A stretch of DNA of 39,786 nt from Sulfurimonadaceae bacterium (GTDB lineage Bacteria; Campylobacterota; Campylobacteria; Campylobacterales; Sulfurimonadaceae). The notes below the pieces were generated by a model. It worked only from the letters and a program-made list of their open reading frames with translations. It searched no databases and had not been told where the DNA came from. Shown here one piece after another: positions 9,796 through 18,941 of the stretch (positions are counted from its first letter, which is position 1; every line of letters begins with the position of its first letter). The stretch spans positions 1 through 39,786 of the forward strand of contig JBFESZ010000007.1 in NCBI GenBank assembly GCA_041548245.1. Direction: 5' to 3'. The translations under genes were made by a program, and so were the position numbers.

Positions 9796-10722
9796 ATGAG
9801 AACGCTGTTAATAAACCTACCTTTATTACTGCTTTTAATCTTTTTTCCAGGATGTCAAGACAAGAGTGATCACAAGAACACTTATGAGCCAAAATATTCT
9901 GAACAACCTGTCTTAAAAAAGAAGAAGTTATATGTCCTTGGTGTTCATCCCCTGCACAATCCTAGTCGTCTCTTTGAAGTCTATCAGCCCATGATCCATT
10001 ATATCAATGAACATTTGGAAACGAGTGAACTTCGCCTGGAAGCATCACGAGATTATGCTACTTTTGAGAAAAAACTCTTTTCCGGCTATTTTCACTTTGC
10101 TTTACCAAACCCCTATCAGACTATTATCGCGATACAAAATGGATACAAAGTTTTTGGAAAAATGGGTGATGATGAGAGTTTCCGCGGTATCATCTTGCTA
10201 AGAAAAGACAGCAAAATAAATACAGTCAAGGACCTCCGAGGAGAAACCGTCAGCTATCCGGCTCCGACAGCTTTGGCTGCGACTATCATGCCACAATGGT
10301 TTTTCTACCAGCATGGACTCAATATTAATCAGGATATAACCAATAGCTATGTCGGTTCTCAAGAGTCATCCATTATGAATGTCTATCTGGGCAAATCAGC
10401 AGCCGCTTCAACCTGGCTTCCGCCATGGCGTGCCTTCGTCAAACAAAAGCCTCAAATCGCAGATGAGCTACAGATTAAATGGCAGACAGACCCTCTGCCG
10501 AACAATGCCCTAGTCGCAAGAGAAGACATTCCGAAAGAGCTTGTCGACAAGGTAGGTCAGCTTGTATTCTCACTGCATACCAATGAACGAGGTAGAAAAA
10601 TTTTAAAGGCAATGGAGTTAAGCAGATATGAACCGGCTGATGAGAGTGTCTATGAAAGTGTAAAGGTATTTATTCAACAGTTTGAAGACAAGGTTCGTAT
10701 AATAAGGACAGATAATGAATAA
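9796..10722 (+). CDS. PhnD/SsuA-like periplasmic substrate-binding lipoprotein (no transporter nearby)
   Basis: Lipobox-like FFPGC, GVHPLHNP, NPYQ, YVGSQESSIMNV, PLPNNALVAR. Start ATG 9796 after AAGGA. Confidence 0.85.
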   Translation: MRTLLINLPLLLLLIFFPGCQDKSDHKNTYEPKYSEQPVLKKKKLYVLGVHPLHNPSRLFEVYQPMIHYINEHLETSELRLEASRDYATFEKKLFSGYFHFALPNPYQTIIAIQNGYKVFGKMGDDESFRGIILLRKDSKINTVKDLRGETVSYPAPTALAATIMPQWFFYQHGLNINQDITNSYVGSQESSIMNVYLGKSAAASTWLPPWRAFVKQKPQIADELQIKWQTDPLPNNALVAREDIPKELVDKVGQLVFSLHTNERGRKILKAMELSRYEPADESVYESVKVFIQQFEDKVRIIRTDNE

Positions 10723-12604
10723 TATTTTACACCGGCTGCGTCCAAAAAGCTTTAAATCTCAACTTGTCTTGGGAATGGGATCAATTCTAACATTTTTGAT
10801 CCTTACTTTCAACTACATAACAGTCACAGAGGAGCGTGACTTTTTACATGAACAGGGTCTCAAGCAGGCTGCTAACCGTAGTCTTGCATTAGCCGCAGCA
10901 GCCAAAGTATGGCTCTTAAGCAATGATTATGTCGGACTGGAAGAGATTGCCCATAACTTTGCTGTCTATGATGACCTAGAGTTTATCGCTATCATCAATA
11001 TGGATGGAAAGGTCCTCGAACACACCGATCACTCTCTTATCGGCCAGTATATCGCTGATGAAAAACGCATTGCATACCTCAAAGAGATGAGACATACTGA
11101 TGACAAACCGACTGAATATAAGATACTTATTGACAATAAACAGCATATCGAAATCATGAGAATGGTCCATGATGGTAAAAACCACATCGGTATGATTAAC
11201 CTACGCCTAAATCAAATAAACCGTCAAAAAAACATTGATGAGATCATCATGAAAGGTATTGTTTTCACTCTTATATCTGTTTTTGTCGCAATACTCTTCT
11301 CTTTTTTTATTGTCAACAACCTTTCAAAAGAGCTGATCGCGTTGATTGCAATGATGAAAAGAGTCAGGCATGGTGATAAAAGTGTGCAGGCAAACGAGAG
11401 TACGACAAAGGAAATAGCACTGCTTTCACGTGAATTCAACAGTATGATTAGCGCACTTAAAAAGAGTGAAGAGTCTTATGAACGCCTGCGCGAACGTCTG
11501 GAACTTGCCTTTGAAGGAACACAAGACGGTCTTTGGGACTGGAACCTGAGTGAAGATAGCGTATATTTTTCTCCTATATGGAAAAAAATGCTAGGTTATG
11601 AAGACCATGAAATTCCCAACAAGTTTTCCAGCTGGCAAGAGCGGGTCCATCCTGATGACTTGGATAATGCCATGAAAGACGTCCAAGATCACATTGACGG
11701 TAAAACTCAAATGTATAAAAACATCCATCGTCTAAAGCATAAAGATGGCCACTGGATATGGAATCTGGCCCGCGCCAAAGCAATTTATAATCAAGATAGA
11801 AAAGCTATTCGTATGGTCGGAACCAATGCCGACATCACTGAACTCAAACGATTAGAAAAGGCATTAGACGATCAAGAAGAACTGATGATAGCACAATCTC
11901 GCCATGCCGCGATGGGAGAGATGATATCTATGATAGCACACCAATGGAGACAACCTATTACTGTTATCACCATGGGTGCGAACAACATGCTTGTCGATAT
12001 TGAACTTGGCAACACCTCAGAGGAGAAGTTGCGCCATGAGGCTAACAGTATCGTAGCCCAAGCACAATATCTTTCTAAGACTATCGATGACTTCAGAGAC
12101 TTTTTCCGTCCAAACAAAAACAAAGAAGAGGTCAAAGTCCAAGATGTCTTCAATGAAGCGGTCAATATCATTGGAAAAAGTTTTGAACATGATAATATTT
12201 CGCTCTCTATCAACGGGAATGAGATCGGAACCATAAAAACTTACTCTCGAGAACTTCTGCAGGTCTTTTTAAACCTTTTAAAGAATTCCAAAGAGGCACT
12301 TGTCGAACATACCAAAGAGCATCGTTACATCGATGTTCTCATCCGCAGTGATGAGGACAGTGTTATCACTACCATCTGTGACAATGGTGGCGGAATCGAA
12401 AAAACGACACTTGAAAAGATATTCGACCCCTATTTCTCTACAAAAAATGAACAAATCGGCACAGGCCTTGGGCTTTATATGTCCAAAACTATCATTGAGA
12501 AACATATGCATGGACGTATTACCGTAACAACGAAAGAAGATACGACCTGTTTTGAAATAAGCATTCCTAAAACCTCACGAGAAGAGGAGAAGAAAGATGC
12601 ATGA
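10715..12604 (+). CDS. Membrane sensor histidine kinase (periplasmic domain, HAMP, PAS/PAC, HisKA, HATPase)
   Basis: Two TM helices, DGLWDW PAS start, VHPDD, IAHQWRQP H-box, NLLKNS, DNGGGI, GTGLGLY. Confidence 0.95.
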   Translation: MNNILHRLRPKSFKSQLVLGMGSILTFLILTFNYITVTEERDFLHEQGLKQAANRSLALAAAAKVWLLSNDYVGLEEIAHNFAVYDDLEFIAIINMDGKVLEHTDHSLIGQYIADEKRIAYLKEMRHTDDKPTEYKILIDNKQHIEIMRMVHDGKNHIGMINLRLNQINRQKNIDEIIMKGIVFTLISVFVAILFSFFIVNNLSKELIALIAMMKRVRHGDKSVQANESTTKEIALLSREFNSMISALKKSEESYERLRERLELAFEGTQDGLWDWNLSEDSVYFSPIWKKMLGYEDHEIPNKFSSWQERVHPDDLDNAMKDVQDHIDGKTQMYKNIHRLKHKDGHWIWNLARAKAIYNQDRKAIRMVGTNADITELKRLEKALDDQEELMIAQSRHAAMGEMISMIAHQWRQPITVITMGANNMLVDIELGNTSEEKLRHEANSIVAQAQYLSKTIDDFRDFFRPNKNKEEVKVQDVFNEAVNIIGKSFEHDNISLSINGNEIGTIKTYSRELLQVFLNLLKNSKEALVEHTKEHRYIDVLIRSDEDSVITTICDNGGGIEKTTLEKIFDPYFSTKNEQIGTGLGLYMSKTIIEKHMHGRITVTTKEDTTCFEISIPKTSREEEKKDA

Positions 12605-13019
12605 TATCAAACAATTGAAAGAACAAATCCAAACTCTCAGAGAAAGAGTGAAACAATGTAAGATACTCGTTGTTGATGACGAGGATGAAATACGTGAAAA
12701 GACAGGCGCCTTCATGGAAAGATTTTTCGACATAGTCCATTGTGCCGAAGATGGCAAGGTCGCCCTAGATATGTTTAATCAGGATCCAACGTTTGATATT
12801 GTCATCACTGACCTTCAAATGCCCAATATGCCAGGCGAAAAGCTCATCAAAGCGCTTAAAATCATCGAGCCTGAGCTTTTTATTGTCATCATGACCGGTA
12901 CACCGCCTGACGTAGATGACGAGTATACACATCTGTATGATCTCTGCCTTGCTAAGCCTGTCGGAGTGGATGATATGTTAAAGATGATGGAGATGCTTGT
13001 TGAGAGAAAAAAACTTTGA
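12597..13019 (+). CDS. Single-domain response regulator (REC)
   Basis: ILVVDDE, ITDLQMP, MTG, AKP; overlaps the kinase stop codon. Confidence 0.92.
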   Translation: MHDIKQLKEQIQTLRERVKQCKILVVDDEDEIREKTGAFMERFFDIVHCAEDGKVALDMFNQDPTFDIVITDLQMPNMPGEKLIKALKIIEPELFIVIMTGTPPDVDDEYTHLYDLCLAKPVGVDDMLKMMEMLVERKKL

Positions 13020-13043
13020 TCGCTTGTTCTTCAGCCCTTTAAA

Positions 13044-13052
13044 TGTTAAAAT
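13044..13052 (+). promoter_or_regulatory. Extended -10 element TGtTAAAAT
   Basis: Close to TGnTATAAT, about 60 nt upstream of the REC-PilZ gene. Confidence 0.4.
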
Positions 13053-13111
13053 CCGAAATATATGACACCGTGCCAGCGTATAAAATCAAGAGTATATCTG
13101 AGGACCGATAG

Positions 13112-14626
13112 ATGTTGACTGCCGACACCATAAAAGAACTTCAAGAGCTATCTTCCGGACTTACTCTTTTATACGTTGAAGACAATGATGGCTTAAGAGA
13201 AAATGCACTTAAACTTCTTCAAACCCTCTTTACCAATGTCCTATCCGCATCAGATGGACAAAAGGGGTATGAGCTTTTTAAAAAACATCGCCCGCAGATC
13301 GTGCTCACTGATATACGTATGCCAAAACTTGATGGTATGCAGATGCTTAAACAGATAAAACAGTTACAGCCTTCAACAAAGTTTATCATCACTTCTGCCT
13401 ATGATGAGAAAGACTATCTTTTCCAAGCCATTGACCTGGGTGTCTTTCATTATATGAAAAAACCTTTCACTGTCGATACACTGCTGCAAACACTTACCAA
13501 CTGTATCCATTCAATCAGTGCTGATGAAAACAGTTCGCTCTTTAACACTTACATGGAAGATATGCTTAACTATCAACGTGACCTGCTCGCTTTGGTCTCA
13601 AAAGGAAAACCTCTGTTTGTAAACCAGATGTTTCTTGACTTTTTCAATGTTGAAAACGTCAATGCATTTGACGACAAATACACGGACTTCGGTTCATTGC
13701 TACTTGAACACAAAGGTTTTTTATACAATCATGATCAGATATCGTGGTTTGATGAGTCAAGCAGCAAACCCGGTAAGCTCTTTCACGTCAAGATCAAAGA
13801 TCAAAACGATGACAACAGGCACTTTATCTTAAAGATGCATGCTTTGCCAAAGAAAGAGAATATTTATATCATGTCCCTTAATGATATTACGGACCTTGAT
13901 CTTTTAGCTCTGTTTGACAGCAAAGCTGTTGAAAACGATGACAAGATAAAAAGCCGACGTACCATTGTCAATTTATTAGAGATCATTCAAAAAAACAGCA
14001 CAGAGATAAAGATACACAACTTTTATAAAGGCCTGACTATCACCAATATCGGTCTTGTCGAAAAGATTAACAATGAAGACATTATTGTCAAGACCACCTT
14101 CATGCAGCAAAAAGCTGCACAAAACCAAAAAAGTATTTTAATCTCTTCTGAGATTTTTCCTTCCGCTATCCTTTGTGAACCGATCAAAAAGATCGATTTT
14201 GAAAACCAGACGATCAGCTTCAAAGAGGTACGCTTTTTAGCACGGAATCCGACACAACGAAGATCCGTAAGAGTAGCTCCCGAAGAACACCACAGCATTT
14301 CTTTCTTCTTTGAGAAGAGAAAGTTCTACGGTGACATACGTATACATGACATCTCTATTGAAGCAATGAAGCTAGAGATGAGCGCTCTTCCGGCAGGCTT
14401 GAAAGAGAAAACTGCTGTTTCCATCGATATGGTTTTGGAGCATGATCGAAAACCTCTGATTATAAATACTCCAGCAAGCGTGTTTAGGATTGAAGAGATG
14501 TCCAGGTCATTTTTTGTCGTTGTAAGCCTGGAATTAACTAGCAATCAAAAAAAACAGCTTATCGACTATGTCGCTAAACGACAGATGAACTTAATTCGCG
14601 AATTTAAAGGATTACAATTTGGCTAA
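13112..14626 (+). CDS. Response regulator: REC, PAS-like and C-terminal PilZ-like domain
   Basis: YVEDN, TDIRMP, TSAY, KP in REC. LFVNQMFLDFF is PAS-like. RRSVR (RxxxR) and DISIEA (D/NxSxxG variant) near the C-terminus. Confidence 0.82.
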   Translation: MLTADTIKELQELSSGLTLLYVEDNDGLRENALKLLQTLFTNVLSASDGQKGYELFKKHRPQIVLTDIRMPKLDGMQMLKQIKQLQPSTKFIITSAYDEKDYLFQAIDLGVFHYMKKPFTVDTLLQTLTNCIHSISADENSSLFNTYMEDMLNYQRDLLALVSKGKPLFVNQMFLDFFNVENVNAFDDKYTDFGSLLLEHKGFLYNHDQISWFDESSSKPGKLFHVKIKDQNDDNRHFILKMHALPKKENIYIMSLNDITDLDLLALFDSKAVENDDKIKSRRTIVNLLEIIQKNSTEIKIHNFYKGLTITNIGLVEKINNEDIIVKTTFMQQKAAQNQKSILISSEIFPSAILCEPIKKIDFENQTISFKEVRFLARNPTQRRSVRVAPEEHHSISFFFEKRKFYGDIRIHDISIEAMKLEMSALPAGLKEKTAVSIDMVLEHDRKPLIINTPASVFRIEEMSRSFFVVVSLELTSNQKKQLIDYVAKRQMNLIREFKGLQFG

Positions 14627-15380
14627 AAGTAAAATATTGTTTGATAACGGTAAACACAAATGTATTATGTTCAGTATTGATGATGAGTCCCAGGAAGAGA
14701 GTTTTCTCTCAGTTAATCAATATCTACTCATACAAAATGGCGCAGGTATACTGATTGATCCGGGAAGTTCGGCGATCTTTCATGAACTTTGCGATGCTAT
14801 AGCAGAGTATATCCCTATTGAGAATATAAAACTTGTCTTCTTCTCACATCAGGACCCGGATGTCGCAGGCTCCATCTCAGAGTGGTCGGTATCAACTTCA
14901 GCTACCTTGGTTCTGCCAAGCATTTGGACAAGATTTATGACACATTATGGGGTTTTGGATCTTCAAAGAGTCTTTTCCATCCCTGATAAAGGAACAAAAG
15001 TGCCCTTTGGAGAGGGATTCATCAAACTAATACCTGCACATTTTCTACACAGTCCAGGTAACTTTAGTCTTTATGACTCTCAATCAAAAATCTTGTTCTC
15101 AGGCGATATTGGAGCAGCTGTTGTCCCCCCATTGGCTGTCTACAAAGAGATTGATAGCTTTGAGACCCATTTGTCCTATCTTGAGAGCTTTCATAAACGC
15201 TATATGGCTAGTAACAAGTTCTGTAGAGCCTGGGTTCAAAACATCTCCGTACTTTCCTTGGATATGATCGCCCCTCAGCATGGGGCCGTCTTTAGAGATG
15301 AAAATGTGAAAAAATTCTTGAACTGGTTCAATGAATTAGAGTGTGGTTCAGACATCATAGATACTCTCTACTTCGAGTAG
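14619..15380 (+). CDS. Oxygen-binding di-iron protein (ODP), stand-alone MBL/FprA-like fold
   Basis: NQYLL, IDPG, SHQDPD, AHFLHSPGNF, SGDIG, APQHG; no flavodoxin domain. Confidence 0.88.
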   Translation: MAKSKILFDNGKHKCIMFSIDDESQEESFLSVNQYLLIQNGAGILIDPGSSAIFHELCDAIAEYIPIENIKLVFFSHQDPDVAGSISEWSVSTSATLVLPSIWTRFMTHYGVLDLQRVFSIPDKGTKVPFGEGFIKLIPAHFLHSPGNFSLYDSQSKILFSGDIGAAVVPPLAVYKEIDSFETHLSYLESFHKRYMASNKFCRAWVQNISVLSLDMIAPQHGAVFRDENVKKFLNWFNELECGSDIIDTLYFE

Positions 15381-15488
15381 AGATCCTCTTGCCTTGTAAA
15401 ATAATATCCACCAACACATAGTGAGACAGCCTGTTGCATTGGAATGGTTTATAGGGCAAAGCCCAATACCTCTTTTGATAATCAACTG

Positions 15489-17573
15489 TTAAAAAGTTTC
15501 TACCTCATCATTGTCTTTATCTAATGTAATTGTAAAACATGCCCCATCTACCGTATTATGGCATGTAAGTACTCCTTTACAATGCTCCTGTATGATAGAC
15601 TTTGACATATACAGTCCCAGACCGGTCCCATTCATCGACTTGGTAGAGAAATACGGCTCGAATATCTTGTCAATGATATCATCAGAAATTCCGCCCGCAT
15701 TGTCCTCAATACTGATTCTCACCTTCTCATCAGCCTCCTCAGAGACTTTGATGATAATCTTGGGTTCTCTTACATTGTTTTCTACCAGCGCATCATAGGC
15801 ATTTTTTAAAATATTCACCACCACCTGCATCAGTTCATTTTCAAAACTTGACACCATCACCCTGCTATCGAGGTCTGTTTCAACAATGATATTCTCTTTT
15901 TTAAAAAGCCCTTCTGTCAGGTTTAAGGAAGACTCGATCATCTTTTTGGGACTGAACATCTCTTTTTGTTTATTGACCTTGAAAAAGTTCCTGAAGTCCT
16001 CAATAGTCTCGGAAAGGTGCTGAGAGAAACCATTTAACTTCTCAAGCTGTTCGTTGAAGAACACCTTCTCATATTTATCCATACCGATCTTCATCTGGAG
16101 CGTACCCACGGTTGCTGTTATGGCCGAGAGAGGCTGTCTCCACTGATGGGCAATCATGGCTATCATCTCTCCCATCTGCGCATGTTTTGTCTGTATCAGA
16201 AGTTGTTTTTCCTGTTCCTTCTTTTCGGTGATATCAGTATTAAATCCAATAAACCTTATTGCTTCTCCTTTGGAGTCAAACAGTGCTTTTCCCCGTCCCT
16301 CGATCCAACGCCAATTGCCGTCCTTGCTTTTCATACGAAAAACATTCAAATAGGTGATCTCCCCTTTACTTTGTAGATAAGCCTGAACTTTATCGTAGGC
16401 ACTCTCTTTATCATCAGGATGAAGCAGAGCCTTCCATGCATCAACAGTCTGTGGCAACTCTGATCCACTGTAGCCCAGCATCGTCTCAAAATGCTCTGAA
16501 TGGAACATTGTGTCATTAAGCATATCCCAATCAAAAAGCCCGTCTTGTGTTCCGTCCATTGCCAGCTTAAAGCGTTCTTCATTGAAACGTAATTTAGCCT
16601 GAATCGAAAGAAGTCTGAGTATGACAATGATTATAATAAGGATTAAAAATAAGAAAACCAATATCTCTGTACTATATTGTAGTAATATATGCTCAATATT
16701 CATATCATAAGGAGGCAAGCCAAGCATCCTTGCCGTATGTTCTACGGGAGCATAATTGTGAGGAAGTGAAAAACCATATATCGAGCTGTTTCTATCTTGA
16801 TCTGGGTGAAATTCCAGCAATATCCTAAGCAATTCATGTATACTCTTTTCATCCATATTTGGTAAGACTGCAACCGGCCATTCAGGGTATAGACGTGTTG
16901 ACAGAAGATAAGGATAGTTCAAAAGCTGTTGTGAATTGATAAGCTTGATATCATCTTTTTTCAACCTTCCCTTTGCTAGTTCAGATTCAATCATTCCGGT
17001 ACGAACAAACCCTGCTTCATATTTTCCCTGCATAACAGAACGGATGATTTCAATTTGGCTCTTCATCACAGTGATATTTTCTCTTACATCTATACCATGC
17101 TCCAAAGCCTCAAACACCTGAGATTGATATGCTCCCAACGAATTAATATCCATAGCTGCTATAGAAGCCTTTTTAAGGTCTTTGATTGTATTGAGAGCTT
17201 TGTTAGAAGCTTGTGTAAAGATGACCCCGCCAAAGCTCTCTGTTAAAATATCATTTTGAATCTTTTCTGTCGTTGCTATTGTTCTTATGGAGATATTGTT
17301 GTTATGAATAATCTCATAATGAGACGGGTTGGTAGTGAGCATGTCCAGCCTATTCTCCTGAACTGCCTTATCAAACTCTTCATAGCCTAAAATGATTAAT
17401 TCGACTTTACTCTCTCGTAGATGAGCGTTTAGATAATCAACTACAGGCTGATACTGCTGCTGGACATAATCCTTTGAACTATAAGACAATACCCCAAAGC
17501 GTAAGTTTTTTGCAGCAAAGAGCAGTGAGTTTGAGCCCAACACAAAAATAATGAATAATATCAAAAGTCTCAA
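15489..17573 (-). CDS. Sensor histidine kinase with fused N-terminal PhnD-like domain, TM, PAS/PAC, HisKA, HATPase
   Basis: Signal peptide, TNPSHY, FGGVIF, SLGAY, AGFVRTG, STRLYPEWP; then DGLFDW, IAHQWRQP, DNAGGI, GTGLGLY. Confidence 0.93.
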   Translation of the reverse strand: MRLLILFIIFVLGSNSLLFAAKNLRFGVLSYSSKDYVQQQYQPVVDYLNAHLRESKVELIILGYEEFDKAVQENRLDMLTTNPSHYEIIHNNNISIRTIATTEKIQNDILTESFGGVIFTQASNKALNTIKDLKKASIAAMDINSLGAYQSQVFEALEHGIDVRENITVMKSQIEIIRSVMQGKYEAGFVRTGMIESELAKGRLKKDDIKLINSQQLLNYPYLLSTRLYPEWPVAVLPNMDEKSIHELLRILLEFHPDQDRNSSIYGFSLPHNYAPVEHTARMLGLPPYDMNIEHILLQYSTEILVFLFLILIIIIVILRLLSIQAKLRFNEERFKLAMDGTQDGLFDWDMLNDTMFHSEHFETMLGYSGSELPQTVDAWKALLHPDDKESAYDKVQAYLQSKGEITYLNVFRMKSKDGNWRWIEGRGKALFDSKGEAIRFIGFNTDITEKKEQEKQLLIQTKHAQMGEMIAMIAHQWRQPLSAITATVGTLQMKIGMDKYEKVFFNEQLEKLNGFSQHLSETIEDFRNFFKVNKQKEMFSPKKMIESSLNLTEGLFKKENIIVETDLDSRVMVSSFENELMQVVVNILKNAYDALVENNVREPKIIIKVSEEADEKVRISIEDNAGGISDDIIDKIFEPYFSTKSMNGTGLGLYMSKSIIQEHCKGVLTCHNTVDGACFTITLDKDNDEVETF

Positions 17574-17875
17574 TTTTCACCTCTCATTTGGCTATAATGT
17601 AGCCTAAAAACTCTTAAAGTATTTGGTGACTTCACTGCATAAATATTATCTTATCTATCTTTAAACGAAGAAGCGATGTTTAGGCATAGATAATCCTGTT
17701 CAAAATAAGTATTTTAAACCAGAAAGGTTTTCGGCATAGCAAATCTGCCATATTTTAAAGCGACTTTGTTCACCTTCATCCTCCCCTATTCTTGGTCACA
17801 TAAGCCAAAAGTGTTTTACATTGATTTAACCTTTCTCATCCTATAATGACTAAAGTTCAATGTAAAGGATTGTTC

Positions 17876-18814
17876 ATGGGGAGTAAGCGTGATATGGTTG
17901 CGCATGATACTGACATCGATGCCAATACCCACTCTGATAGAAGAAAGCAATCATATGAGCAAGATGCCGAAGAGAAGCGTCATAATAAAAAAGGCAAATC
18001 CAAGCGTGTCCCGGTATGGATAAAAGAAGAGGTGCTTGAGTATGAAAAGGAGTTGAAAAAACTCCAGATAGAGCTTCTTAAGATGCAAAACCACATCAAA
18101 GACAAAGGTCTGAAAGTCATGATGATCTTTGAGGGTCGAGACGCGGCAGGTAAAGGCGGTACCATCAAACGTATTACCGAGCATCTTAATCCGCGCGGCG
18201 CAAGAGTCGTTGCCCTTGACAAGCCATCTGACACAGAAAAGACCCAGTGGTACTTTCAGCGTTACACCCACCATCTTCCTGCAGCAGGTGAAATTGTCCT
18301 ATTTGACAGGAGCTGGTATAACCGCGCCGGGGTTGAACCGGTAATGAACTTCTGTACCCAGGAAGAGCATAAAGAGTTTTTGCATGAAGTCCCCGAATTT
18401 GAGCGTATGCTTGCCAATTCTGACATCATCATCTATAAGTTTTATTTCTCCGTCTCAAAAAAAGAGCAGGCAAACCGTTTTAACAAACGTAAGACGGATC
18501 CTCTCAAACAGTATAAACTCTCCCCTGTCGATGAAAAATCTCAGGGGATGTGGGACAAATACACCATCGCAAAATACTCTATGCTTCTTGCTTCGCATAC
18601 AACCCATGCCCCATGGACTGTCATACGCTCAGACAATAAGAAGAAGGCACGTATCAATGCTATCAAGCATATTTTAGCTCGAATAGAGTATCCTAACAAA
18701 ATCAAAGCAAAGCATTTGAAAATTGACCAAGAGATCTTGATTCCGGGTGAACAGGAGATCAAGATCATGGAAAACAGTATGTCTTTAAAAAAATATGAGA
18801 ACAAGGAGGGCTAA
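17876..18814 (+). CDS. ppk2: Polyphosphate kinase 2
   Basis: FEGRDAAGKGG Walker A, LNPRGARVVAL, FDRSWYNR. Start ATG 17876 after AAAGGA; TATAAT at 17842-17847. Confidence 0.96.
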   Translation: MGSKRDMVAHDTDIDANTHSDRRKQSYEQDAEEKRHNKKGKSKRVPVWIKEEVLEYEKELKKLQIELLKMQNHIKDKGLKVMMIFEGRDAAGKGGTIKRITEHLNPRGARVVALDKPSDTEKTQWYFQRYTHHLPAAGEIVLFDRSWYNRAGVEPVMNFCTQEEHKEFLHEVPEFERMLANSDIIIYKFYFSVSKKEQANRFNKRKTDPLKQYKLSPVDEKSQGMWDKYTIAKYSMLLASHTTHAPWTVIRSDNKKKARINAIKHILARIEYPNKIKAKHLKIDQEILIPGEQEIKIMENSMSLKKYENKEG

Positions 18815-18816
18815 GG

Positions 18817-18921
18817 ATGAAAAAAACAGTTTTTATTTTGTTTGTGGCTATTGCCTTAGGTGCCGTTTTTAGCGGCTGCGAACGAAACGACTATCAACAT
18901 CCTCTACACCGAAGTAGATAG
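18817..18921 (+). CDS. Putative 34-aa lipoprotein MKKTVFILFVAIALGAVFSGCERNDYQHPLHRSR
   Basis: AAGGAGG (18803-18809) 7 nt before ATG; basic n-region, hydrophobic h-region, lipobox FSGC. Below the ORF-track length cutoff. Confidence 0.75.
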   Translation: MKKTVFILFVAIALGAVFSGCERNDYQHPLHRSR

Positions 18922-18941
18922 GGCCAGGCAGGCCTTATCTA
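18915..18941. terminator. 11-bp stem-loop between convergent genes
   Basis: TAGATAGGGCC-aggca-GGCCTTATCTA with one G-U pair on the + strand; no clear U tract. Confidence 0.4.

Noticed and set aside
9796-10722. Phosphonate ABC uptake operon (phnCDE)
   Set aside because: No permease or ATPase gene nearby; the binding protein is coupled to a kinase gene instead.
13060-13076. Minus-strand TGGCACG, sigma-54 -24-like
   Set aside because: No TTGC -12 element at the required spacing, and it points antisense into a gene.
14619-15380. Beta-lactamase or full flavodiiron (FprA) assignment
   Set aside because: HQDPD di-iron motif without a flavodoxin domain or signal peptide fits ODP better.
17716-17750. 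AAACC-AGAAA-GGTTT and GCAAA, reminiscent of a c-di-GMP-I riboswitch
   Set aside because: Lacks the GGCAAACC/GGGACGCAAA core and the P1 and P3 stems; only short hairpins are present.
17714-17779. Minus-strand 19-21 aa ORF (MKVNKVALKYGRFAMPKTFLV) near a GGAGG
   Set aside because: No motif or signal features; cannot be told from chance without conservation data.
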